A stretch of 64,000 nt of DNA from positions 1-64,000 of the IMG/VR virus record IMGVR_UViG_3300028837_001734; one strand, 5' to 3'. Positions 50,043 through 60,857 of this stretch are shown in pieces. This DNA comes from a virus. The notes under the pieces are model-generated. The model had not been told where the DNA came from. It saw only the letters and a program-made list of their open reading frames with translations, and ran no database searches. Within the stretch, counting starts at the first letter, position 1; every line of letters begins with the position of its first letter. Position numbers and translations under genes: made by a program.

Positions 50043-50978
50043 CTATATATTTTCCATATCAATCTCCACCTTCCAAACTACCCTAGCCCGAAACAACTTA
50101 GAATTTAATGAATTAAGTTTAGTTGAATTACTATTAACATTTCTCAAACGTTTCCATGGATTACTCAATGTCATTTGAACCCAATTTGTTGTTCCATCAA
50201 CAATATCTCCGTATTCATCAAATGGAAACGTAATATTATTTAAATCAGCCATCCAAAATGTTTTCCTACTTTGATAATCAATCCAGTCCATTAATAAATT
50301 CCTATCCTGAGGATTATCAGCAAAAATATGAAAAATAATTATTCTAGTTTTAATTTGTCCACCACCCAATTGCATTCCCCGCTGGGAACCAGTAGTAACC
50401 TCTATGAAAACGCTTGGTAACCATATTTGATGTTCCCTTGAAGGAGTGCCAGACGTAGAAGCATCTGAAAGAAATTCCTCCACTGCGTCCATCATCAATA
50501 TGCGAAATTCAGGTTCATCAGCAAACCCAACATGGATTGATCGTCTCGTATATTCTGCTCGTATATCGTCTAATGTATTTTTCGGCTGATCGAAAATTAT
50601 CCTACCATTAAGATAATCTACATGAAATCCATAAACACCAGCGGAACCAGTCGGATGGAAAGTACCATCTAAATAAACACCAGAAACACGGAATGGATCT
50701 AGAGCACCGCTAACTCCAAGAGATGCACCACTTTCCCATACCCATTCACGTCCTGCGCCTTCCCAAACTTGACCAGATGCATATCTCTCATCATCTACAG
50801 GATGTAATCGAGCCTCATCTTCATCATACCAACTTTCGGAATTATATTCATAAACACCATATGCACCATTATTGACAAAATTCCAATCTAGGAACCATTT
50901 AAGATTGTACTGAAGCTGATCGGTTAATTCATAACCGCCGAAGCCACCAACATTTATGCCATTAAATGTAAGAGCCAT
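50043..50978 (-). CDS. Putative tail terminator/neck protein
   Basis: VDYLNGRIIF, LPSVFIEV...QLGGG...IFHIFA...DR; position before tail tube. Confidence 0.55.
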   Translation of the reverse strand: MALTFNGINVGGFGGYELTDQLQYNLKWFLDWNFVNNGAYGVYEYNSESWYDEDEARLHPVDDERYASGQVWEGAGREWVWESGASLGVSGALDPFRVSGVYLDGTFHPTGSAGVYGFHVDYLNGRIIFDQPKNTLDDIRAEYTRRSIHVGFADEPEFRILMMDAVEEFLSDASTSGTPSREHQIWLPSVFIEVTTGSQRGMQLGGGQIKTRIIIFHIFADNPQDRNLLMDWIDYQSRKTFWMADLNNITFPFDEYGDIVDGTTNWVQMTLSNPWKRLRNVNSNSTKLNSLNSKLFRARVVWKVEIDMENI

Positions 50979-51676
50979 TATACCACCTTCTTCATAACTA
51001 TTTGAGCAACTTCTGATGCAGTACGATCTCTACCAAGGGTATATTCTATGAAATTCTCTCCTAAATTACCCGCAATAATCGATGGTAAAACATACCCACC
51101 ATCACCACCAAGTTGTTCTAACGATACCATAATCGCTCTCCCACTACGCGAAACCTTTTGTATCCTAGCGTCTAGACTAGCATTTTCACCAGAAAAAACA
51201 ATATCATATGCTGCCTGACCTATATCTATTGTAGGATCCATCAAAAGCCATCTCATAACAGGGATAGTAATATTTGATGGAGAGGAAACATATTGTGCTC
51301 CAGGTAAAGCCAAATATGCTGCCCAATCCCTTTTTACAGCTTGTATTCTTAAAAAACCACGATTATATCTAATACCTATTTCAAAATGTACAGAACCTTT
51401 GATTAAATTTGCCATACCTTCTACTAATCCATGAGCTTGTGTATCTGTTAGTCCAAAGTGAGCAGGTAAATCTTCAGCACTTTGTCCTCGTAATGCTCTA
51501 GCAACTAAACTTAGATTAAATTTTGCTGACAATAAATTACCTACTTCATTACCTATAGTGCTAGCTCGCTGTTGGATACGATTAAGCCATAATTGCGAAG
51601 CTCCTTTAGAAACACCGACTTCTAATTGGCTTCTAAAAGCAGCAGTAGGAGTTAAATGAAAAGTTACTTTAGCCAT
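50978..51676 (-). CDS. Putative neck/tail-completion protein
   Basis: Position between head-closure and terminator genes; SRSGRAIMV, NFI motifs. Confidence 0.45.
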   Translation of the reverse strand: MAKVTFHLTPTAAFRSQLEVGVSKGASQLWLNRIQQRASTIGNEVGNLLSAKFNLSLVARALRGQSAEDLPAHFGLTDTQAHGLVEGMANLIKGSVHFEIGIRYNRGFLRIQAVKRDWAAYLALPGAQYVSSPSNITIPVMRWLLMDPTIDIGQAAYDIVFSGENASLDARIQKVSRSGRAIMVSLEQLGGDGGYVLPSIIAGNLGENFIEYTLGRDRTASEVAQIVMKKVV

Positions 51677-53468
51677 CAACAAGCTCCCAAAAACTAATAC
51701 AATATCTATCTTCCCTTAAACCGACAATAACAGGTTGTTTAATTAATCTCACTCTTAATTTAACCATACTCATAATATCATAATTAGATATTGCATATTG
51801 TGCACGAACTAAATCGTCAAAATTGTACAAATATGTCTTAAATCTAACAATATTTTTATGATCCATCACTGATATACCATAATCAGCGCTATCCTTAGCA
51901 TTCCATCTTATCAAACATCTAATACATTTTTGAACTGGTGTTTCTAAGAAACCTCTACCTTTACAATATGGACATTGACGTCCACGTGCAAACGGTCTAG
52001 GGCCACCAGGTCTATAGATATTTCTTGATCTACCACGTATCATATCAAATTGGCAATTTGTACAAGGACTCTTAGTTGGGGTAAACTCCAATAATACGCT
52101 TTTCCCAAGTTGATTGATTAACGCATCAATCCGCGACTGATATACATCTATAAGTTCATCAGTAATTTGTATAGCAGCTTCTGGGTCCAGCGTAGGACAA
52201 GCAAGAGCTGGAGGTGATAAAATACCATTAATAATTAAATTGAAATTATCATTACTAGTATCGTATCCAATAGAATATAAATTGCCTGATGCTATATATG
52301 ATTCATGTCCATTAATATATAATCCACCAGATTGGCTAAAGGCGACGACATCAACAAGATAAAACATACGGCTAGTACCATAACCACTGTTATCATCATC
52401 AGCATAAGTTATGCAACCAACAGTATTCTCACATTCTATAAATCCTCTATGAGATATATCTATATTACCACTATCCAGTACATATCCAGATAAACCGACG
52501 ATAGTAAATTCTGAATCAGAAATACTTCCCTGTGTTAATTTAAGTTGACCATTATCATTGTATACAATATTATAATTATCATCATCATAAGTTATAGCAG
52601 AAGCGCCATCAACCGCATTATTCTCGTATATCTGTGTATAATTGACGGTCTGTATATTGCCAAAACGTGTAAAATGAGTTACTTTACCTTTATAAGAATC
52701 AGTACTGTCAGACCATAAGAAAGCAAATTGACCAACCGTTTGAAGAGGTATCATATCTGTAAAATGAAAACCAATACCAATAAAAGAATTATTACCCTGT
52801 GGTATTATTGTGTCACCATTAATACTTAGTTGTCTAAGATAACTATGACTACCTCCTGCATAATAATAAGCTATAAAACAACGATCTGGAGATGCCCCGG
52901 ATTCAGATGCTATACAATTAAATTGAGCATCAGTTTTAATATTAGTAGTTTGGACAGCAGAAGAACTTGCAATAGTCGTACCAGTATAATTAATTACTAT
53001 ACCAGAAGTATAACTAACCTGCAAAAGCCTAGAGGATGCTAAAGATTCAATTACTGGATATCCGCCATCATTAGTATACACTGGGGAGTAACTACCACTC
53101 CAAAGCATCTGAGTGTCACCAAGTGTTAAAGTATTATCAGACACAGAAATTAATCCAACATATGGAACTGCATCATTTTCAGCACACCATGTAACTGCAA
53201 ATTTATCTGTATCATATTCACATATATCTATAGTACCTTGGTTCTGTTGTATAACAGCATTACCAGAAAAACTAGCAGCACTAATTAAAATGGGTGTTCC
53301 AAAATCTATATTAGTACCAAATCTAGTGCCAGCAACAGCATATAAAGGAGCATTTGCTTCATCAGTCTGATATAAAACAGCAATTGTATTCTGATCTGGA
53401 GAACAAGATCTTTGCGTTATTATGTTACCACTAACAAAGACATGTCCTGAACCTAAGTTTATTGCCAT
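51669..53468 (-). CDS. Beta-propeller-like N-terminus + SG repeats + Zn-binding head-closure-like C-terminal domain
   Basis: C-terminal ~175 aa (CTNC...GGPRPF..GRQCPYCKG...GLREDRYC.SFWE) is shared with 53483..57148. Confidence 0.55.
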   Translation of the reverse strand: MAINLGSGHVFVSGNIITQRSCSPDQNTIAVLYQTDEANAPLYAVAGTRFGTNIDFGTPILISAASFSGNAVIQQNQGTIDICEYDTDKFAVTWCAENDAVPYVGLISVSDNTLTLGDTQMLWSGSYSPVYTNDGGYPVIESLASSRLLQVSYTSGIVINYTGTTIASSSAVQTTNIKTDAQFNCIASESGASPDRCFIAYYYAGGSHSYLRQLSINGDTIIPQGNNSFIGIGFHFTDMIPLQTVGQFAFLWSDSTDSYKGKVTHFTRFGNIQTVNYTQIYENNAVDGASAITYDDDNYNIVYNDNGQLKLTQGSISDSEFTIVGLSGYVLDSGNIDISHRGFIECENTVGCITYADDDNSGYGTSRMFYLVDVVAFSQSGGLYINGHESYIASGNLYSIGYDTSNDNFNLIINGILSPPALACPTLDPEAAIQITDELIDVYQSRIDALINQLGKSVLLEFTPTKSPCTNCQFDMIRGRSRNIYRPGGPRPFARGRQCPYCKGRGFLETPVQKCIRCLIRWNAKDSADYGISVMDHKNIVRFKTYLYNFDDLVRAQYAISNYDIMSMVKLRVRLIKQPVIVGLREDRYCISFWELVDG

Positions 53469-53482
53469 AATTTATTCACCAC

Positions 53483-56400
53483 TTATATCAGTTCCCAGAA
53501 ACTAACACAATACCTATCTTCTCTTAAACCCATAGGTACTGGGTTTCTAATCTTACGCACCTCTAATTTAGTTAATCCCTCTATGTCACGATCAACTATT
53601 GCGCTATCAGCTCTCATGAGATCATCCATTTCTGTCAGATAAGTTTTTAACCGCACAATAGAATCAATTCTTTTAATTGATATTCCATAATTTTCAATCT
53701 CCCTTGGATGCCATTTTATTAAACATTTAATACATTTTTCAGATTGTGTTTCTATTATACCGATACCTTTACAATAAGGACACTGTCTACCAAGTTTAAA
53801 TGGCCGTGGTCCCCCTTGTTTATACACCCCAGTCGATCTTTTTCTACTGCCGTCCCAAGTACAGTTAGGACATGGAGATCGCTGCGGCTGAAATCTTAAA
53901 ATCACATTACGACTTAACTGATTAATTAAAGCATCCATATGAGATTGATAAACTGTAATGATGCTATCTGAAATTTGGATAGACGCTGCTGGACTTAAAA
54001 TAGGACAAGATATCCCAGTTTCCGGTATTTCAGCACCATTAATAACAAGAGTAATACTATCTACCCGTACGTGCTGATTAATAGCTAATGGAGCACTACC
54101 AGACTCAAAAATATGACCATAGATAAATAAATCATCATCACCAGAAGCTGGAATATGTCCATTAATAAATAAAGTAACGCTGTTACTATCTACTTCATAT
54201 CCATTGATAAATAAATCAACATCACCAGATGTTACGATATGACCCTCAATGAATAAATCGTTATCGCCAGACGCAATAGTGTAGCCGCCAATATATAAAT
54301 CTATCGATTGCGTATCAGTTCCAGCACCATATAAATATAAATCAATATCATCTGAAGTAGTAACGACACCGCCTATATAAAGATCAGCATCACCAGAAAT
54401 CTGGAGATAACCACCAATATATAGATTTATTTGATTAGTAGCAACATCTAAGCCACCAATAAATAAAGGTATTTCACCACTAATTGATTCATGACATAGA
54501 ATAAATAGATCTGTATCACCGGAGATAGAAGTATGACCATATAGATAAAGAGGAACATCACCAGAAATAGATTGATGACCAAAAATATAAAGATCCGTAT
54601 CATCAGAAGTTTGAATATAACCACCGATATATAAATCTATACCTGATACTTGTGTGTCAAGACCATAAATGTATAAATCCACTTCATCGGTGCTAATATC
54701 CAAACCACCGATATAAAGATCAATCTCTCCTGATATCGAAGTTTTTCCACCAAGATATAAATCTACGCCACTAGTCGAAGTATCCAATCCAGCAAGATAT
54801 AAATCAACCTGCCAAGACTGTTGTGTCTTGCCTCCCACGTATAAATCAATATCACCAGAGGTCGGTAGATGACCCCATATAAATAAATCGGCATCATCAT
54901 CTAATGTGTCATAACTACTAATATATAGATCTACATCTCCGGAAATAGATATATAACCACCTATATATAGTGATGTTGTATCATCCGATAGTTCTTGGTG
55001 ACCATGTATAAATATATCTGCCTGGCCAGAGATATTAGTATAACCACCAACATAAAGATTACATTCTCCAGAAGTAGTACCTTCAAAAATATCGCTATAT
55101 TGGCATAATGGTAACTCAAATACTGCGCCTAATAAATATAATTTTTCCAATTCTTGATTTGTAAAAGAACCACTGTTAGCCCATAGGGCTACTTCATCAA
55201 GATATTGTAATTCATCTGGATCCGCCCCTTCTGCCACCCAAAATGCAATCATAGCATATTCGCCGACAGAATCTGGTAGATCCGCTACTGTAGTGTCATA
55301 TGACTCAGACCATCCACTACCATTTATACTTGCTCTTGTAAACCAAGTACCACTGGCCTCAATATATTCCGCTTCCAAAACCATAAAGGTTGGATGTTGT
55401 CCAGACGGATAATATATATTAGGTGCAGGACAGCTAACACCAGATATCTGTAACCTCGAATGAATGTATGGAGAACTTGTTTCTATATCGTAAAATTTTG
55501 TACTCCACCCATTATCCGCTGTTATATCATTAGGAGCATCGCCATATCCTACGTAAACAACAGGATCACCAGGACTATCAGCATAAGCATTATTGAACCA
55601 GAAACATATAGTAAATTTAGTACAATCTTCTAAGCTACCATATCCTGTTTTGCCAATCCTAGATCCTTGATTAGACGTAGAATGATAGCCACTGACAATC
55701 AGACCTGAAACCGTTTCAAAAGATGGAACTCCATCCAGAACATCACCATAATCCGTCCATGGCGTATTTCTTTTAGTCTCCCATATATTATCTAACTTAT
55801 GATAGAATCTTACGTTTTGAGGCTGTAACATCCCTGTCACACATGAATCTACTTGCATATATAAATCTATACTGGCACCGGAAGAACTACCTGCTTGCAT
55901 AAATAAATCAATACCAGAAGATTCAACCAATGGTCCACAAATATAAAAATCAGTGTCATTAACCCACATGGTTCCTTCAGAACCAGTTATAACTAGATCA
56001 CAACTACCACTTGCATCAAGTGGACCTACTTGCACAATAACTGTATACGCTTCCCAACCACGACTATAAGCGACTGCAGCGCGTGAGGGATCGAGTAATT
56101 CTATGGCAGGATCATATATATTAGTAGAATCTATACTATCATATCTAAAGTAATCATTAATTTCTACAGCACCAGTAGCGCCTGGGGTTACAGTAGCTAT
56201 ATCTAAAATTAAGTATTTAGTAGTACCAGAAGTATAAACAAATGGAAAATGTGTCTCATCTATACCAGAACTAGGTGCATTACCAAAACCACACCATGTC
56301 AAAGGACCAGTAACACCAGATTGCATATTGACGGTATTACTGCCAGAAGCAACAGTACAATAATCAATATGAAGATCATTATCACCTTCATATGCAACGC

Positions 56401-57148
56401 AAAACCCGCTAGAATGTAAAGGGGTTGATGCCACCCAGTATGGGATATCACTAGCACTCATTGCAGTAGCTGAACCATACGTATGATCATCATTTATGAC
56501 AAATGACCTAGCATCGCCACCACCAATATTATAACCCTCAGAAAGAGTCATCTTCCCTTGATTTTCATCAAGAGTCTCAAAGCATATATTATAATAAGCA
56601 TACCCAGTAAGATTAAGAGTTCCACTCTCTGTGCAAGTTATAGTTGTATCACTTACATCAGCACCTATATGATATATTTTGTTCCTATTTCTCGCATATA
56701 CAAGAGCAAAATGTGCCCTAGTACCACCAGAAAAAGCAGTAACTTGAACATTATATGCTGTTGTGCCCAATGAATTAAAAGGTAATTTATATGCCGTATT
56801 AACAGTACATTTATCATCTGAAACTGTAATTACTCTAGCAAAAGCATCACCAGCACCAAAATGAGTACCAGCCTTATCAACACCAACTACTATAAAACTA
56901 CTTGGAGTTAAGCGAGCAGCATCTAAACCACCTAATTCACCATCACACCAATGTTCTATCGTACCACCAGTTAATTGTTCACCATACCCAGTACACGTAA
57001 CTATACGTGTATCACCGTATTTATACATGAAAGAATCAGCTTCCCAGACTATGGCATATTTATCTGGCGTAAGCTGTACTATCTCAAGTTCGTCTACGTC
57101 GACTCTAGCAGCAAATTTATATCTTTTAGTAGTGATTTGACCAGCCAT
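53483..57148 (-). CDS. Propeller-like + LamG-like + about 25 x 14-aa repeats + Zn-binding head-closure-like domain
   Basis: FTICFWF...DEVALW LamG-like motifs; SGxxDLYIGG repeats; shared C-terminal domain. Confidence 0.55.
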   Translation of the reverse strand: MAGQITTKRYKFAARVDVDELEIVQLTPDKYAIVWEADSFMYKYGDTRIVTCTGYGEQLTGGTIEHWCDGELGGLDAARLTPSSFIVVGVDKAGTHFGAGDAFARVITVSDDKCTVNTAYKLPFNSLGTTAYNVQVTAFSGGTRAHFALVYARNRNKIYHIGADVSDTTITCTESGTLNLTGYAYYNICFETLDENQGKMTLSEGYNIGGGDARSFVINDDHTYGSATAMSASDIPYWVASTPLHSSGFCVAYEGDNDLHIDYCTVASGSNTVNMQSGVTGPLTWCGFGNAPSSGIDETHFPFVYTSGTTKYLILDIATVTPGATGAVEINDYFRYDSIDSTNIYDPAIELLDPSRAAVAYSRGWEAYTVIVQVGPLDASGSCDLVITGSEGTMWVNDTDFYICGPLVESSGIDLFMQAGSSSGASIDLYMQVDSCVTGMLQPQNVRFYHKLDNIWETKRNTPWTDYGDVLDGVPSFETVSGLIVSGYHSTSNQGSRIGKTGYGSLEDCTKFTICFWFNNAYADSPGDPVVYVGYGDAPNDITADNGWSTKFYDIETSSPYIHSRLQISGVSCPAPNIYYPSGQHPTFMVLEAEYIEASGTWFTRASINGSGWSESYDTTVADLPDSVGEYAMIAFWVAEGADPDELQYLDEVALWANSGSFTNQELEKLYLLGAVFELPLCQYSDIFEGTTSGECNLYVGGYTNISGQADIFIHGHQELSDDTTSLYIGGYISISGDVDLYISSYDTLDDDADLFIWGHLPTSGDIDLYVGGKTQQSWQVDLYLAGLDTSTSGVDLYLGGKTSISGEIDLYIGGLDISTDEVDLYIYGLDTQVSGIDLYIGGYIQTSDDTDLYIFGHQSISGDVPLYLYGHTSISGDTDLFILCHESISGEIPLFIGGLDVATNQINLYIGGYLQISGDADLYIGGVVTTSDDIDLYLYGAGTDTQSIDLYIGGYTIASGDNDLFIEGHIVTSGDVDLFINGYEVDSNSVTLFINGHIPASGDDDLFIYGHIFESGSAPLAINQHVRVDSITLVINGAEIPETGISCPILSPAASIQISDSIITVYQSHMDALINQLSRNVILRFQPQRSPCPNCTWDGSRKRSTGVYKQGGPRPFKLGRQCPYCKGIGIIETQSEKCIKCLIKWHPREIENYGISIKRIDSIVRLKTYLTEMDDLMRADSAIVDRDIEGLTKLEVRKIRNPVPMGLREDRYCVSFWELI
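54035..55080 (-). repeat. Degenerate 42-bp coding tandem repeat (about 25 x xSGxxDL[YF]IxGxxx)
   Basis: Read directly from the translation: ISGDVDLYISSYDT, TSGDIDLYVGGKTQ, ISGEIDLYIGGLDI and others. Confidence 0.85.
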
Positions 57149-57151
57149 TAT

Positions 57152-57496
57152 TTACTCCTCATAATCACCCCTAATATATAAATACATAAAATATCCATCA
57201 ATAGCATAACCATAACCACCCTCTGAAGTGATCTCAATAGTTATATCTCCTGTCATGTTAGCATAGAAAGGTCGTTGACCATCAACGTGGAACCATTGAA
57301 CACCACTAATCGGAAAATAAACAGTATGTATAACATCTCCTTTGGGTCTCCATGTAATATAGTATCCATAATCATCCATAAAACGTACTGCCACTGAATC
57401 CGCTTCACACAATAATTCATAAGGTACCGTATATCCTTGTAATAATTTAATCTCAAAAAACCTATCACTATTATTATCTCTTATTGAAATAATCAT
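57152..57496 (-). CDS. Hypothetical protein, paralog of 57617..57892
   Basis: Shared VP.ELL.E...GYY..W...VYFP...V.W...DG. Confidence 0.55.
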   Translation of the reverse strand: MIISIRDNNSDRFFEIKLLQGYTVPYELLCEADSVAVRFMDDYGYYITWRPKGDVIHTVYFPISGVQWFHVDGQRPFYANMTGDITIEITSEGGYGYAIDGYFMYLYIRGDYEE

Positions 57497-57517
57497 TTTA
57501 GACCCCTTCTATGCAAC

Positions 57518-57562
57518 AAAAAAGGCGACATGCATTAAAGTAAGATACTGCATAATCGCCTT
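57518..57562 (-). terminator. Putative intrinsic terminator
   Basis: AAGGCGA..ATGCA...TGCAT.TCGCC followed by a T-run. Confidence 0.5.
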
Positions 57563-57616
57563 AATATCCAGATAGACAAATCTCAATACAATATTTTTTT
57601 ACAGCCACCTCCGATA

Positions 57617-57892
57617 TTAACCGCCTATACCACTGACAGTAACATTACCACTAACCTCAAAACTGGTACCAGGTATACCGTCAAAAGAATACCACATAAC
57701 ACTCTCACGAGGAAAATAGACAGATCTAGTTCCGTCCTCTTCTGTAGTCCATATTACATAATATCCATCAAAACCATGTGGCTGAATCAATAAATGCATA
57801 CATTCGCCTAGCAATTCATCTGGCACCTCAGCATCAGGCGCCATATGCACTTTCATATAATAATCCTGTTCATTGTTAATTACAATTAACAC
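57617..57892 (-). CDS. Hypothetical protein, paralog of 57152..57496
   Basis: GGAGG RBS, GTG start; shared motifs. Confidence 0.55.
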   Translation of the reverse strand: MLIVINNEQDYYMKVHMAPDAEVPDELLGECMHLLIQPHGFDGYYVIWTTEEDGTRSVYFPRESVMWYSFDGIPGTSFEVSGNVTVSGIGG

Positions 57893-57903
57893 AATACCCT
57901 CCG

Positions 57904-58368
57904 CTATGAGCGATCCCTCATGCCATTAACACCAATAGCAAACTGATCATAAAACCAACTAATAGTATCCAAACTAGAACCAGTAGGTGTTCTATATGGT
58001 CCTAGCACAGCACTACCAACACCGCCATCGACAGCACCAGTAGCTAACAATCGCCATTTTAACAATTCATAAGTTTTACATGGTCCTAACTCCAAAATAT
58101 CCCTATATCCACGAAAACTTACACTCGTATCGATAGCACTGTCCCCATCCCTAACCTTTATCCCTTGACCAAGAGCAGCTCTAAAATCACCCTGTGTTAG
58201 TATACAAGCAGCTTTTAATGGGACAAGAGCTTGAAATATAGGGTCTGACGAACCAGATACGGGATCAGGTGATATAGTAAGAGCACTTATATCATATGTA
58301 TATGTATATGCAAACGGTATTTCAGCATCCACAATTATACCTGCAGTGACAAGTACTCGCTGAATGAA
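57904..58368 (-). pseudogene. Head-tail adaptor-like protein, N-terminus apparently missing
   Basis: Frame reads IQRVLVTAGIIVDAEIPF...ISPDP...LKAAC...IKVRDG back to a TAA near 58369 with no clear start or RBS. Confidence 0.45.
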
Positions 58369-60485
58369 TTAGCAGTAGACCATCCCCACCTTAAAGTATC
58401 ACCTATTGCATAACATACATCGCTTGCCAAGGGTACTTCAACATTAACCCCATTAATAATATTCCAAACAGTAATAGTAGCACTAGTAGCAGCTATATCA
58501 AGTAGACCTATAATCTGTGGATCATAATCTTGTGTACGTAATAAGCGATCCATTGGATAACCAGACATATCTTGATATTGAGAATGAGCAGGACCTTCAA
58601 TATATAAATCAGCGCCAGACGTCCAAGGCAAGGGGCCAATAATCAATAAATCAATACCAGATGAAGCAGTTAAATAATTATAATTCTGATATTGGTTCAT
58701 TGGCTGAGTCTTACCATCAGCCAAATCTTCTAATATCGCAAGCTCTAAATCAGTGAATCTGGTATATGTACCACCCCACATGATCAGTTCATCAATCCAT
58801 TCATCATTGGTGGTATCTGCCATATTCATAGATGGATCACTTTGACCACTAACGATAGGTTGACTACCCTGATTCTGAACGCCCTGATTAACCCATCCAC
58901 TACCATCGACAGATGTCCTCAGATCCCAATTATCACTACCAGTATGTTCAAAGTCAAGTGCCAGAAAGTGATCATCTCCATCATTCATGGTAGCTATAAC
59001 CCCTGATACACCTGCGTCTTGCCATATCGCAGTTCCGCTACCTAAAGTGATACTAGATGGAGTAAGATTGATTTCATAATCTCTTTCAACAGTAAAAATT
59101 GATTCACCTGTTGTTATATTTTTAGCCCACATGGCTACTGTTACATGTTCACTCCCAGAAGCATCTGGATAAACAGATTCATCTGATGCTGTCAAATTAA
59201 ATCCAAAAGTTGGTGTACCACTAGCATAATATTGATCCCATATTGGTGCTGCCACTCGACGATTAACTTGATGGGCAAAAACCATCGTTGGGCTAATCAT
59301 CTTTGCACGCCCACCACCATAATAATCTGGATGGGCATAACGAACCAATTCGTTGCTAAGACTAATAGACATATCATCAATAGTAGCAACACAATATTTG
59401 CTATAACTTAATGCTGCACCATTATCATAATGGTTATAATCTATAAATATACTAGAATCATTTATTTTTGAACCATAAATACTATTAGTTGTCCAGTTAG
59501 GTGGAGGTGGAGAAACATTGGATCCTAAAGCAAACTGTACTAAAGCTCCTGAATTGAGAACACTGCCACTAACTTCCCAAACTTGAGCATAGCCACCTTT
59601 ATCAGCAGCACGATATAAAGCCATAAATTTATCGCCACTGACATGCACTAACTTACTGTGATAAACAGAAGAGTTTGGATCTAGACTAGGAAGAGTCATA
59701 TTGGTATCATATCCGCTAGATATAACAATCGAATTGCTACCATAATCTAGAGTCAAAAGATACATTTTTTGATCACTAAATAGAGCAACAGCATGAGTAT
59801 CATCTATGCCTTCAACAGCGTGACAATAATAATTACCTACTCCGCTGGTATTTGTAACACCACTAGAAATAGTATCGTTCTCAATAGTCAAAATACATGC
59901 TTGTCCATACGCTCCCATAACGATATGCCCACTCGGTATATTACCAGACATATCGCTCATAACACCAAACATAGCTTGTGTATAAATAGGACCATTACCA
60001 GCATTACAAGCATGATTATCAACAACTGTCAAAGTCTGACCTGAAACATTAACTATCTTTATAGTCTCTTTGCCAGCAGAACTCCATGCAGCAGTAAAAA
60101 CATGCCCAGTTTCAGCAACATCATCCCATGTCAATGGGAATATTAAGTTATGATTCTGAGTACCAATAATTGGTCCAAGATCACTCCAGTTAACAGTAGA
60201 ACCGCTAATATCACCAACGCGACCATAATAAGTACTAGCAACTATTTTCGTAGGTGTTACCGCGCACCAATCTTCGGTATAACAACCTGTCTGATTAAAG
60301 CCACTTTGTGGAGTACCAAATTCATAAGCTGCAACTGCCGCAGCAGAAGTACCTGCTAAATTTAATTTACCAACAACAAATGCAGATGATCCATTCCATG
60401 TCTGAGATTGTGTATCTTCCGTATAATCATCAAGTGCATGATAGAATACTACATTATCGTTGCGAATACAACCAGAAGCAGCCAT
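58335..60485 (-). CDS. LamG-like domain with an inserted propeller, SG repeats and a truncated C-terminal anchor domain
   Basis: NVVFYHALD...TVAMW...DELIMW; propeller homologous to 60858..63296. Confidence 0.55.
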   Translation of the reverse strand: MAASGCIRNDNVVFYHALDDYTEDTQSQTWNGSSAFVVGKLNLAGTSAAAVAAYEFGTPQSGFNQTGCYTEDWCAVTPTKIVASTYYGRVGDISGSTVNWSDLGPIIGTQNHNLIFPLTWDDVAETGHVFTAAWSSAGKETIKIVNVSGQTLTVVDNHACNAGNGPIYTQAMFGVMSDMSGNIPSGHIVMGAYGQACILTIENDTISSGVTNTSGVGNYYCHAVEGIDDTHAVALFSDQKMYLLTLDYGSNSIVISSGYDTNMTLPSLDPNSSVYHSKLVHVSGDKFMALYRAADKGGYAQVWEVSGSVLNSGALVQFALGSNVSPPPPNWTTNSIYGSKINDSSIFIDYNHYDNGAALSYSKYCVATIDDMSISLSNELVRYAHPDYYGGGRAKMISPTMVFAHQVNRRVAAPIWDQYYASGTPTFGFNLTASDESVYPDASGSEHVTVAMWAKNITTGESIFTVERDYEINLTPSSITLGSGTAIWQDAGVSGVIATMNDGDDHFLALDFEHTGSDNWDLRTSVDGSGWVNQGVQNQGSQPIVSGQSDPSMNMADTTNDEWIDELIMWGGTYTRFTDLELAILEDLADGKTQPMNQYQNYNYLTASSGIDLLIIGPLPWTSGADLYIEGPAHSQYQDMSGYPMDRLLRTQDYDPQIIGLLDIAATSATITVWNIINGVNVEVPLASDVCYAIGDTLRWGWSTANSFSEYLSLQV

Positions 60486-60502
60486 ATCTTACTCCTAACC
60501 TA

Positions 60503-60844
60503 TTACACCAAGTATGAAGATTGATTATTAAGAGATGGCATCCCGCCATCGATACTTCCCTTGGCAACTAATACAAAATCACCATCATCATTGTTAGTTC
60601 CATCAGACATTCGCCAATGAAATTGTTCTCTGCTAGCTGACAATATAGGAATACCACTTGTCGACCAAGTATATCTACCAGTAGAATCTATCTCTGTACA
60701 TCCACTAGCAGTCAGAGAAACGGCAACACCATCCTGCCATAATTGAATATTGACAGTCTGTCCACTAGGTAAAACTCCAACAATAGCTGGTGGAGATTCT
60801 GGACTAAAATCTAATTCTACTATGGATTGACTCAATAAACTCAT
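60503..60844 (-). CDS. Stand-alone ~110-aa beta-sandwich-like domain
   Basis: P.I.G...V.I..W...C..I...Y.WS pattern shared with neighbours. Confidence 0.5.
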   Translation of the reverse strand: MSLLSQSIVELDFSPESPPAIVGVLPSGQTVNIQLWQDGVAVSLTASGCTEIDSTGRYTWSTSGIPILSASREQFHWRMSDGTNNDDGDFVLVAKGSIDGGMPSLNNQSSYLV

Positions 60845-60857
60845 AACTTTGCCTCCA

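Noticed and set aside
51669-57148. Diversity-generating retroelement (similar C-termini as TR/VR)
   Set aside because: Similarity is at protein level with changes at all bases, not adenine-specific, and no reverse transcriptase is present in the window.
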